Shown: positions 1-7,596 of the stretch, one piece after another
Position numbering within the stretch: the stretch's first letter is position 1
How the letters are laid out: each line of letters begins with the position of its first letter
Source of the DNA: an uncultured Gammaproteobacteria bacterium
GTDB taxonomy: Bacteria; Patescibacteriota; Patescibacteriia; UBA9934
DNA length: 61,139 nucleotides
Assembly: GCA_964599455.1 (NCBI GenBank)
Contig: CAZREA010000001.1
Coordinates: 419,829 to 480,967, forward strand
Reading direction: 5' to 3'
The notes under the pieces: model-generated
Database searches by the model: none
What the model saw: the letters and a program-made list of their open reading frames with translations, nothing else
Told to the model about the DNA's origin: nothing
Made by a program: the position numbers and the translations under genes

Positions 1-1
1 A

Positions 2-595
2 CCAAAACCCAATGGCTATCAATCTTTGCACACCACGGTTTTTGACCGTGACGGTTCCATTTTAGAATTTCAAATTCGCACCAAACAGATGCATGAAGAA
101 AATGAGTATGGTGTAGCCGCACATTGGAAATATAAAGAAGGAAAGTCTGCCAACGAACGACATGTACATTGGATGGAAGAACTCGCCGCTATTCAAAAAG
201 AACTTTCAACCGCCGACTTCATGAAGGAACTGAACGAGTTCAAACTCGACATGTTCCGCGATCGTATTTTCGTATTCACTCCCCGCGGCGACGTCATCGA
301 TCTTCCCGAAGAATCCACGCCCATCGATTTGGGTTACGCTATTCACACCGAAATCGGCAATAAAGCCGTCCAGTCTCGCGTCAACGGGGAATTACGCCCA
401 CTGAATCATTCTTTACGCTCCGGCGACATGTGCGAAATCATTATCGATAAAAACCGCAAATTTCCCAGCGAAGATTGGTTAAAATTCATCAAAACACGCC
501 ATGCCAAACAAAAAATAAAAGATGCCCTCAAAGGCACACGGCAAAGTTTATGGTCATCGTTTGTGAAACGCACCGTTGGACGCGGGTCGACGTAA
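2..595 (+). CDS. RelA/SpoT-homolog (p)ppGpp synthetase/hydrolase, 3' part only (5' end outside window)
   Basis: Frame is open from nt 2 ([34 protein letters not shown], end of the synthetase domain). A TGS-like segment follows ([21 protein letters not shown]). Stop at 593-595. The protein ends soon after TGS with no ACT/RRM-like tail. Confidence 0.85.
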   Translation, partial: PKPNGYQSLHTTVFDRDGSILEFQIRTKQMHEENEYGVAAHWKYKEGKSANERHVHWMEELAAIQKELSTADFMKELNEFKLDMFRDRIFVFTPRGDVIDLPEESTPIDLGYAIHTEIGNKAVQSRVNGELRPLNHSLRSGDMCEIIIDKNRKFPSEDWLKFIKTRHAKQKIKDALKGTRQSLWSSFVKRTVGRGST

Positions 596-604
596 TATTG
601 AAAA

Positions 605-627
605 AATACAGCTCATTGAGCTGTATT
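605..627. terminator. Bidirectional hairpin between convergent rel-like gene and parB
   Basis: aatacagctc-attg-agctgtatt stem-loop flanked by A-run and T-run. Confidence 0.6.
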
Positions 628-628
628 T

Positions 629-1585
629 TTATGTATTTGCATCATCTGCGCCTATGAGCACCGCCTCTCCCGTCATCTTCTTGGTTATATTTCGTAAATC
701 TTCTTTTGAATAAAAATGAACGGAAATCTTGCCGACGCCAGCACGATATTCGACAACGACCTTCGTACCCAAGGCGTCACGCAGAGCGGTTTCTAAAGCA
801 GCTATATTCGGATCTTTCACGCGATTGATGACACGAGTGCGTGCACCTGCCTGTGCCTCGGCAGAACGCACGGTCATGCCCGCGCCAGAAAGCATCTTTT
901 TAAACAAATCGCGACGCAATTGCGGAATCGGCTCGGCTAAAAGGGTACGCGCATGGCTCTTGGAAATCTTTCCTTCGGAGAGCGCTTGTAGCATGTCACT
1001 TTCCAAATCAAGCAAGCGCATCGCATTGGTAACGGTAGAGCGACTCTTTCCTACTTGGCGAGCGATATCTTCATGCGCCAAGCCGTATTCCTCTGACAAT
1101 CGTTTATAGGCACGGGCTTCTTCAACTGCATTCAAATCTTGACGCTGAATATTTTCGATCAAGGCGAGCACCAGCTTATCCTGCCCTTCCGATGATGAAC
1201 GAATAATGACCGGAACTGCTTCCAAACCCAGTCGACGCGATGCTCGCAAACGACGTTCACCGGCAATGAGTTCAAACGTCCCATTGCCGCGATCAGTGAC
1301 CAACAACGGCTGCAAAATACCATGTTCGCGAATGCTTTCAGTAAGCTCATCAAGTTGCTCTTCCAAAAAGACTGCCCGCGGCTGTTCAATATTCTCTACA
1401 ATCAATCCTGGAGAAATAAAACGAACACTCGCGCCGTCAGCCTGAGGCATTTCTTGCGATTCTTGTACTGCCCTTGCTGATACAGAAGAAAGAAAAGGTG
1501 ACTCCTGCACGGTAGGTGCAGGTGAAGGCCCAATGAGTGCTCCAAGCCCTCTTCCCAATCCTCCTTTTGGTTTATCTTGCGTCAT
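629..1585 (-). CDS. parB: Chromosome partitioning protein ParB/Spo0J
   Basis: ParB box IAGERRLRASR and an HTH region (RQVGKSRSTVTNAMRLL). Lies 3 nt downstream of parA. Confidence 0.93.
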   Translation of the reverse strand: MTQDKPKGGLGRGLGALIGPSPAPTVQESPFLSSVSARAVQESQEMPQADGASVRFISPGLIVENIEQPRAVFLEEQLDELTESIREHGILQPLLVTDRGNGTFELIAGERRLRASRRLGLEAVPVIIRSSSEGQDKLVLALIENIQRQDLNAVEEARAYKRLSEEYGLAHEDIARQVGKSRSTVTNAMRLLDLESDMLQALSEGKISKSHARTLLAEPIPQLRRDLFKKMLSGAGMTVRSAEAQAGARTRVINRVKDPNIAALETALRDALGTKVVVEYRAGVGKISVHFYSKEDLRNITKKMTGEAVLIGADDANT

Positions 1586-1588
1586 AGA

Positions 1589-2398
1589 TTACGTGGAGCT
1601 AACGACAGCATCTTGTTCTGTTGTACGCATCTCCTCCTCACGTTCTAAAAATTCTTTTGCCAAACGCTCGTACGCCTTGGCTGCTTTTGAATACGGATCG
1701 TAGTGTAAAATGGTTTTCCCAAAACTCGGTGCTTCAGCTAAACGCACGCTCCGCGGAATCACCGATCGATACATTTTACCAGGAAAATGTTTATACATTT
1801 CTTCAAGCACTTGTCGCGAGAGTATTGCGACGGGATTAAACATAGTAATAACCGCGCCACGGATATCGAGCCGAGGATTAAGATGTTGGCGGACAAGTGA
1901 AATTGTTTGTAATAATTGTCCAAGTCCTTCAAGGGCGTAATATTCTGCTTGTACCGGAACCACAACGCTGTCACTTGCAACCAGACCGTTGATCGTCAGC
2001 AGACCAAGTGACGGTGGATTATCGACAAGAATGTAATCGTACGCTTGAAGAAGCGGTTCGAGGGCCTGTTCAAGACGTCGCTCGCGATTAAAAGCATTCA
2101 CAAGCTCGACCTGTGCACCAGCAAGATTGGGACTCGCAGCAATAAGATGTAAATGTTCATGAGCGGTTGGAAGAACAACGTCCACCGCTTGATGAGTTCC
2201 CGACAACATTTCGTACGTACCTATACTTTCTGTTGGGGTAAAACCAAGACCGCTTGTTGCATTCCCCTGTGGATCTAAGTCCACCAACAAAATCTTTTTG
2301 CCAAAATCAGCAAGATACGCCGCCAAATTCATGGAAGTCGTGGTTTTACCAACACCGCCTTTTTGATTCACCACCGACACAACCTGCGCCATAGACAT
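1589..2398 (-). CDS. parA: Chromosome partitioning ATPase ParA/Soj
   Basis: Deviant Walker A NQKGGVGKTTT and the LVDLDPQGN motif. Forms an operon with parB. Confidence 0.95.
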   Translation of the reverse strand: MSMAQVVSVVNQKGGVGKTTTSMNLAAYLADFGKKILLVDLDPQGNATSGLGFTPTESIGTYEMLSGTHQAVDVVLPTAHEHLHLIAASPNLAGAQVELVNAFNRERRLEQALEPLLQAYDYILVDNPPSLGLLTINGLVASDSVVVPVQAEYYALEGLGQLLQTISLVRQHLNPRLDIRGAVITMFNPVAILSRQVLEEMYKHFPGKMYRSVIPRSVRLAEAPSFGKTILHYDPYSKAAKAYERLAKEFLEREEEMRTTEQDAVVSST

Positions 2399-2464
2399 GA
2401 GCGTATGGTATCACGTGCAGATGAATGAAAAAAGTCTGAAAAGTGGATGAGCAAGATTAAACAT

Positions 2465-2490
2465 AAAATCTCCTGTGAACAGGAGATTTT
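2465..2490 (-). terminator. Hairpin terminator after the tRNA-Met/tRNA-Leu pair
   Basis: aaaatctcctg-tgaa-caggagatttt perfect 11-bp stem immediately 3' of tRNA-Leu on the minus strand. Confidence 0.6.
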
Positions 2491-2491
2491 A

Positions 2492-2578
2492 TGGTGCCTC
2501 GGGAGGGACTCGAACCCTCAACCCCTCACGGGGAACGGATTTTGAGTCCGTCGCGTATACCAATTCCGCCACCAAGGC
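2492..2578 (-). tRNA. tRNA-Leu (anticodon CAA), long variable arm, CCA encoded
   Basis: Reverse complement reads GCCTTGGTGGCGGAATTGGTA...GGACTCAAAATCC...GGTTCGAGTCCCTCCCGAGGCACCA. Cloverleaf with a 7-bp acceptor stem, anticodon loop CU-CAA-AA and a class II variable arm. Confidence 0.9.
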
Positions 2579-2598
2579 TTTTATTTTTATGAAATTTC

Positions 2599-2675
2599 TG
2601 GTGGCTGGGGTGGGAATCGAACCCACGACCTAAGGCTTATGAGTCCTTCGCTCTAACCGACTGAGCTACCCAGCC
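2599..2675 (-). tRNA. tRNA with CAT anticodon (elongator Met or lysidine-modified Ile2), CCA encoded
   Basis: Reverse complement reads GGCTGGGTAGCTCAGTCGGTTAGAGCGAAGGACTCATAAGCCTTAGGTCGTGGGTTCGATTCCCACCCCAGCCACCA. It lacks the 1:72 mismatch and the triple G-C anticodon stem of initiators. Confidence 0.88.
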
Positions 2676-2849
2676 ATGAACAATTTGTCGAAATTCACGC
2701 CCCATAGCCTAACACGTCATGCACTTCCCGACAAGACAGTATTTCCTTCATTTGCCCTTTTATTATTGATCTGATAAAGTACTGTGCATTCAGTAGCTGT
2801 TTCATCTCTGGCGATGCAACCCGAGCAAGGGAGAAAGCGCCGAGCGAAG

Positions 2850-2973
2850 ATTTGCCACTAAGTTTGTCAGATGCTAGGAGTCGACGAGCACCGGCCGAGG
2901 CGTACTGCCTAAAGTACGGTGAGGCCGGAGCGCAAGTCGACGACAACGCAGCTGGCAAACTTGGGTGGCAAAT
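2850..2973. repeat. 124-bp rod-like imperfect palindrome (MITE-like) abutting tRNA-fMet
   Basis: The arms ATTTGCCACTAAGTTTGTCAG and CTGGCAAACTTGGGTGGCAAAT are inverted copies. The GC-rich interior has nested GTCGAC..GTCGAC and CCGGCC..GGCCGG pairings. Confidence 0.6.
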
Positions 2974-2979
2974 CTGTAT

Positions 2980-3056
2980 CGCAGGGTGGAGCAGCCAGGC
3001 AGCTCGCCGGGCTCATAACCCGGAGGTCGCAGGTTCAAATCCTGCCCCTGCAACCA
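2980..3056 (+). tRNA. Initiator tRNA-fMet (CAT), CCA encoded
   Basis: CGCAGGGTGGAGCAGCCAGGCAGCTCGCCGGGCTCATAACCCGGAGGTCGCAGGTTCAAATCCTGCCCCTGCAACCA. Has the C1:A72 mismatch and three G-C pairs closing the anticodon loop. Confidence 0.93.
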
Positions 3057-3060
3057 CAAA

Positions 3061-3090
3061 AACCCCTCATATCGAGGGGTTTTTGTTTTA
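3061..3090 (+). terminator. Intrinsic terminator after tRNA-fMet
   Basis: aacccctc-atatc-gaggggtt followed by tttgtttta. Confidence 0.7.
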
Positions 3091-3124
3091 TTTTAGCGCT
3101 TATGCTATACTATCGCCAATTGCT

Positions 3125-3592
3125 ATGACCCTTACCACTCACGCCGTTATTGGTGCTGCCATTGGTTCAGTTGTCGGCAGCCCGCTCCTTGGCTTTGTCC
3201 TTGGTGCCGCTTCTCACTTCCTGGTCGATATGATCCCTCATGGCGACAACGAACTCGCTGATAAATATCGCTTGCACAAAAAGAAAAAGGCAGCCGTTGC
3301 CTATGTCACCGTCGATGCCGCCATCGCCATTATTCTGCTCATGACGATTGTCTCCGGTCGATCGTCCAACACCACCAATATCGCTTTTTCTGCCGCGGTT
3401 GCCGGAAGCATCATGCCCGATCTGCTCGTCGGTCTAGGAGATATTTACAAACACCAATTTCTCAAAAAGTTCTCCAAACTCCACTTCTTTTTCCACGACT
3501 TTTTCTCCCGCAAATACGGCGACACTAAACTCGCCTACGCCCTCACCGGCCAAGCCGTTTTCATTATTGTGCTCATGCGCATGGTAGCGTAA
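3125..3592 (+). CDS. Small polytopic membrane protein, possibly YdjM/DUF457-like metal-dependent hydrolase
   Basis: Start moved to the ATG at 3125 because the upstream part of ORF 2852..3592 overlaps tRNA-fMet. N-terminus MTLTTHAVIGAAIG..ASHFLVDMIPHGD resembles the His-rich motifs of that family. About 4 hydrophobic segments. Confidence 0.5.
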   Translation: MTLTTHAVIGAAIGSVVGSPLLGFVLGAASHFLVDMIPHGDNELADKYRLHKKKKAAVAYVTVDAAIAIILLMTIVSGRSSNTTNIAFSAAVAGSIMPDLLVGLGDIYKHQFLKKFSKLHFFFHDFFSRKYGDTKLAYALTGQAVFIIVLMRMVA

Positions 3593-3600
3593 AAATAAAA

Positions 3601-3625
3601 ATCATCCTGAAATACTCAGGATGAT
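3601..3625. terminator. Bidirectional terminator hairpin
   Basis: atcatcctga-aatac-tcaggatgat flanked by A-runs and T-runs, between convergent genes. Confidence 0.65.
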
Positions 3626-3642
3626 TTTTATTTTTAAAAGCT

Positions 3643-4104
3643 TCAAAATACATTGATAATTCCAGCGGAGACCAAAGTGACAAATCCCGCTCCGCACAAT
3701 AACCCACAAAAAATACCCACAACCGCTGCACGAAAAGGAATCTTGAGCGTTACGGCAGCAAGCGTCATCGTCCACACACCCGTAAGAGGAAAAGGAACCA
3801 CGAGTGCTAAAAATAAGGCGATTGCTCCATATTTTTCATAATTACCCCGCAATTTTTTATCTGCACGAGCAATTAAGCGATCAAATGGCGTGATGAGTGC
3901 AGGAAAAATGGTCGTGAGATGACGACGTACAAATTCAAATCCAAAATACAATGGTAAAAACGGAATCAACGCGCCAATGACCCCTAAAAAGTAAGCAATG
4001 GGTAGAGAAAAATGATATTGCGTAATAGCAACCGGAATCGCTAATTGATACTCCGTAATCGGAGCAGCCGACAAGGCCATTACTTGCAACCAATCAGGAA
4101 TCAT
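3643..4104 (-). CDS. Small membrane protein (small multidrug export / COG2426-like)
   Basis: Start set at MIPDWLQVMALSAAPITEYQLAIPVA. The ATG overlaps the upstream stop as ATGA (4101-4104). Four predicted TM helices. Confidence 0.55.
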   Translation of the reverse strand: MIPDWLQVMALSAAPITEYQLAIPVAITQYHFSLPIAYFLGVIGALIPFLPLYFGFEFVRRHLTTIFPALITPFDRLIARADKKLRGNYEKYGAIALFLALVVPFPLTGVWTMTLAAVTLKIPFRAAVVGIFCGLLCGAGFVTLVSAGIINVF

Positions 4105-5075
4105 AGTGCAGTATTTTCTGGCCAAGTGTATGCAGCATAAACCCAATCGGCAACATTCGCCGCATCAGTAAAACGATCATCGATATCTTCCGCTCCCAGA
4201 ATCGTCACAAAAATAGGATGCTGCTCGTGATTAAACGCAGCGGTTACACAATAGCCGGCCTGAGGGATATACCCCGTCTTTCCTGCCAAAAGAGGATATC
4301 CCGAACCTACAAAAGTTGAAGTTAACAAATCATTGGTTGTAGAGACCGTCACTTGGAAACCCGAGGCTTGGACAATCGTTTTTTGTGACAGCGTTGTTCG
4401 TGTCGCAATGTCTTGGTATACAGATGCTCGCGCCAACAAGACACTGACTTCTCGGGCCGTGGATACATTGGCGGCCGACAATCCACTCGGATCAGTAAAC
4501 GATGTATGCGTCAATCCCCACTCCCGTGCCTTTTCATTCATCTTTCTTACAAAATCTTCAGTCGACAAACCAGAAAAACGCACCAAGGCCATGGTCGCCG
4601 TATTGTCCGAACCAATCAAACTTGTCGATAAGACATCACCTAATTTCACCGCATCGCGATAGCCAAGATACGCACGACCGCCACCCGCAAAATCTTCAGG
4701 CACAAGTGTTACCCAGGAAGATAAATCGGGATGCATGTCCAAAAAAACACTCGCCGTCATCAACTTGGTAATACTACCGATTGCACGTACTTCATCAGGT
4801 GCTTCAGCATACAAAAGCGCTCCGGAAGCGGCATCAATAACCGCAACGCTTTGTGCCGATGTTTCCAATCCAAACGTCATGACATCAGTTTTAATGGGAA
4901 CAAGATCCTTGGCCGGGGCTACAGGAAGACGAGCAGGGGCCTGTTGAAAATCATATCCACGAAATTGCGGAGCAGCGGCAGCAACAAAAGCGGGCGTAAA
5001 AAATGCCGTATCCACGCCCCACACTTGCAAGCACACGACTGCAAGTAAAATTTCGCCGATCGTTTTTCCCATCAT
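4101..5075 (-). CDS. D-alanyl-D-alanine carboxypeptidase (peptidase S11, PBP5/6-like)
   Basis: SxxK (SITK), SxN (GSDN) and KTG (AGKTGY) motifs in the canonical order. N-terminal signal/anchor present. Confidence 0.88.
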   Translation of the reverse strand: MMGKTIGEILLAVVCLQVWGVDTAFFTPAFVAAAAPQFRGYDFQQAPARLPVAPAKDLVPIKTDVMTFGLETSAQSVAVIDAASGALLYAEAPDEVRAIGSITKLMTASVFLDMHPDLSSWVTLVPEDFAGGGRAYLGYRDAVKLGDVLSTSLIGSDNTATMALVRFSGLSTEDFVRKMNEKAREWGLTHTSFTDPSGLSAANVSTAREVSVLLARASVYQDIATRTTLSQKTIVQASGFQVTVSTTNDLLTSTFVGSGYPLLAGKTGYIPQAGYCVTAAFNHEQHPIFVTILGAEDIDDRFTDAANVADWVYAAYTWPENTAL

Positions 5076-5626
5076 ACCGTTGTTTCCGATTCTTCTAAGG
5101 CATCAAGAATTTTGGTCATACGTCCGTCGCCATGAAAGGCCTGATAATCTGGCAATTCTGTAAGCGCATGCACACCCAAGTATCGTAAAGCATCGAGAGA
5201 TAAAGTATACACCGCTTCACCACGAGACGAATCGTCTTTTTCCTCAATCAATCCCCGCATTAAAAGATTCCGCAAAATCAACGCACACTGCACACCACGA
5301 ATAGCTTCAAGTTCTGGTCGCGTTATCGGGCCGCGATAGGCAATAACCGTCAGTGTCTCAAGCGATGGACGAGTGAGTTCTCCTACTTCATCTTTTGAAA
5401 GTTTTTTTAAAATTTCAGCATGCACAGGATTAGTAACCAATTGATACACTCCATCTTGCTCGAGAATATGGATACCTGATGTTTCTTGATTTTTTCTCTC
5501 AAAAAGATGTCGCATAGCTACTTTCGTCTCTTCTGTAGAAATCTCCAAAATATTCGCCAATTGTTTAATAGATAAAGGCTTAGGGGAAAGAAAAAGGAGA
5601 GATTCGAGCGCAGCTTCGTAGTTCAT
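5072..5626 (-). CDS. scpB: Segregation and condensation protein B
   Basis: Tandem winged-helix pattern (LSIKQLANIL; TLTVIAYRGPITRPELEAIRGV). 4-nt overlap with scpA. Confidence 0.88.
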   Translation of the reverse strand: MNYEAALESLLFLSPKPLSIKQLANILEISTEETKVAMRHLFERKNQETSGIHILEQDGVYQLVTNPVHAEILKKLSKDEVGELTRPSLETLTVIAYRGPITRPELEAIRGVQCALILRNLLMRGLIEEKDDSSRGEAVYTLSLDALRYLGVHALTELPDYQAFHGDGRMTKILDALEESETTV

Positions 5627-6330
5627 ACAGTTTTTTCCAAAGAAGTAATAGTAATGTCATGAAAAGGTTCAAGTTGATGAATCGTTACCTCACGCCGACG
5701 CAACATTTCAAGCAAGGCCAAAAACGTTACCACCACATCAGCAGAATGCTCAGCACTGCTCGCCACTTCACGAAAACTTAATCGAGCACGAACACGAAGC
5801 GCGTCACCAATATGTTTTATACGCTCTTCAACTGAAACGGTACGCACCATACGTTGCTCTCGCAAAGCGAAAAATGGCTCAAGACGACGCAAAAGTCCAC
5901 AGAACGATTCTTGCAATAGCTGCGGTGTGATATTTTTTGCAGGACGAAATTCTTCAACCCGTAACTGACGAATAAAAGGACGAGCAAAAAGCACCCCTCT
6001 TCCCCATTGTACCTGTAGCCGCTTGGCAGCCTCAACAAACTCTTTATATGCACGCAGTCGATCCTCGAGTCGCGTCGCTTCATCTTCTTCATCGGCAAAC
6101 CGAACATACGGTAATAATTCTTTACTTTTAAGATAAATGAGTCGTGCCGCGACAACCAAAAAATCCGCTATCTCATCCTCAGGAACATCAGTCGTTTGAA
6201 TGTGTGCTAAAAAAGCATCAGCCACTTGAGCTAAATGAACCTTTATAATTTCAAGACGCCGCTCTTCAATAAGCTCCAAAAGAAGCGCGAGCGGACCAGA
6301 ATAGGCATCCTGAGTAACCTGGAAAGACAT
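5623..6330 (-). CDS. scpA: Segregation and condensation protein A (kleisin)
   Basis: N-terminus FSGPLALLLELIEERRLEI and C-terminus VVVTFLALLEMLRRREV, typical of ScpA. Confidence 0.88.
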   Translation of the reverse strand: MSFQVTQDAYSGPLALLLELIEERRLEIIKVHLAQVADAFLAHIQTTDVPEDEIADFLVVAARLIYLKSKELLPYVRFADEEDEATRLEDRLRAYKEFVEAAKRLQVQWGRGVLFARPFIRQLRVEEFRPAKNITPQLLQESFCGLLRRLEPFFALREQRMVRTVSVEERIKHIGDALRVRARLSFREVASSAEHSADVVVTFLALLEMLRRREVTIHQLEPFHDITITSLEKTV

Positions 6331-6381
6331 AAAAGCAGTGTAGCGGAAAAACGAGAGTCAAGAAAGCAACAAAAAGCATTG

Positions 6382-6395
6382 ATCCACAACAGGGT
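6382..6395. repeat. Direct repeat ATCCACAACAGGGT (partner at 7005-7021)
   Basis: Identical to 7005-7021 apart from a 3-nt indel. The two copies bracket the hypothetical gene 6431-6952. Confidence 0.6.
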
Positions 6396-6398
6396 ATA

Positions 6399-6426
6399 AA
6401 AACATCACGTCATGACGTGATGTTTT
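6399..6426 (-). terminator. Intrinsic terminator after hypothetical gene
   Basis: aaaacatcacg-tcatga-cgtgatgtttt 11-bp stem with a U-run on the minus strand. Confidence 0.65.
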
Positions 6427-6430
6427 GATC

Positions 6431-6952
6431 CTATATTAACTCATTCAATTTACCTCGAGCCGCATTCAAATCAGCATCTTTTTCCTCTCTTCTTCGTCTC
6501 TCTCGCTCCCGTTCCGCTTTTTCAGCCTCTCTTCTCTGTTGCAAAACGTGATCAACGAATCTCTCCATTTTTGAAGAACTCATTAAAAGCATAATGGCCT
6601 CAAAAGGACCGTGCTCAGCGTCAAGCTTGCCATTATAAATATATTCCCCATTATCTGCGGCAGACGAGCTATCTCTTGAAAAAAGTTGAGTATATCCAAC
6701 CCTCTCTTGCATCTCACCCCTTAACGCATCAAGAATAACTCTATTCGCATCTCTGCCAGCCAAAAGACGAACACGAATCTTATCGCCGTCCTGTACTTGC
6801 TGAAGACGAACATCTTGTAAAGCCGGGACTCGGTTCCCGAATTCAGTCATAAATCCTCCAGCCCATTTCTCCCTCTCGAGTCTTTTTTGTTTTTGTCCTT
6901 CAGTCTCGCTTCCATCCAGCTTATCTGCAAAAGGATTTTCTAGTTTGGGCAT
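6431..6952 (-). CDS. Hypothetical protein with highly charged coiled-coil C-terminus
   Basis: First ATG at 6952 (MPKLENPF...); the longer ORF begins with TTG. C-terminal tail is RREAEKAERERERRRREEKD. No recognisable family. Confidence 0.55.
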   Translation of the reverse strand: MPKLENPFADKLDGSETEGQKQKRLEREKWAGGFMTEFGNRVPALQDVRLQQVQDGDKIRVRLLAGRDANRVILDALRGEMQERVGYTQLFSRDSSSAADNGEYIYNGKLDAEHGPFEAIMLLMSSSKMERFVDHVLQQRREAEKAERERERRRREEKDADLNAARGKLNELI

Positions 6953-7004
6953 AGGAATATTTCCCTTTAATAATAAGACTTCCCTCAAGAAGTTTCATAT
7001 TTTT

Positions 7005-7021
7005 ATCCACAACATCAGGGT
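7005..7021. repeat. Direct repeat ATCCACAACATCAGGGT (partner at 6382-6395)
   Basis: Contains the stop codon of the displaced aspS 3' fragment. Confidence 0.6.
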
Positions 7022-7125
7022 CGCAAACGCTGCACATCTCTCGGGAAAATCGTCGCTTCCTTGATATTCGCTAATCCGAGCACATCTTGCGTCAAACGCT
7101 GAAGATTCATACCGAATCCGCCTTC
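7015..7125 (-). pseudogene. Displaced duplicate of the last 36 codons plus stop of aspS
   Basis: Translates to EGGFGMNLQRLTQDVLGLANIKEATIFPRDVQRLRP*, versus EGGFGMGLQRLTQNVLGLANIKEATIFPRDVQRLRP* at 7597-7707. By hand count 89 of 111 nt are identical. No upstream coding body. Confidence 0.85.
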
Positions 7126-7150
7126 GTAATTTCAAGTTTCCGCTCGTCAA

Positions 7151-7591
7151 TCAGTCCCAACGCGATGATTGACAAATCTCTTCCAACACCTCTTGCTCTC
7201 CTTCAATAAGATCAAGAGACTCTATTTCCAACAAAGAAAAAAAGGCTAATTTATCAACTTTCGGATCTTTTTGATGCAAAATATTCTCTTCATGAATTGG
7301 AACGCAAAGAAAAGGCAACTCTACTATTTGCAGCTGTGTTCCATCAGCTTTTTCTCGATAACGAATAAAGGTACGAGATAACATTCCGAGCACACGAACC
7401 TCCACACCGCTTTCTTCTTCCACTTCACGCACGACCGCCTCTTCAGGCGATTCGCCATACTCTAACTTACCTCCCAATAAATTCCATTTTCCATGAATAG
7501 CAGGAATCTCTGGTTCATATCTTCTTCCCAGCAAATAGCGACCATTTACATCGCGAACAATCGCCAAAACGACCACTAGCTGCTTCGTCAT
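7151..7591 (-). CDS. NUDIX hydrolase
   Basis: Nudix box GGKLEYGESPEEAVVREVEEESGV (GX5EX7REUXEEXGU). Confidence 0.9.
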   Translation of the reverse strand: MTKQLVVVLAIVRDVNGRYLLGRRYEPEIPAIHGKWNLLGGKLEYGESPEEAVVREVEEESGVEVRVLGMLSRTFIRYREKADGTQLQIVELPFLCVPIHEENILHQKDPKVDKLAFFSLLEIESLDLIEGEQEVLEEICQSSRWD

Positions 7592-7596
7592 ATCGC

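Noticed and set aside
2850-2973. The rod-shaped hairpin read as a small SRP (4.5S) or 6S RNA.
   Set aside because: There is no GNRA tetraloop closed by the SRP domain IV pattern, no AGCA/GGAA symmetric-loop motifs, and no 6S-like central bubble. It is kept only as a repeat or hairpin.
2852-3124. The upstream 91 codons of ORF 2852..3592.
   Set aside because: They run across the 124-bp palindrome, the initiator tRNA gene and its terminator. The membrane-protein signal starts only at ATG 3125.
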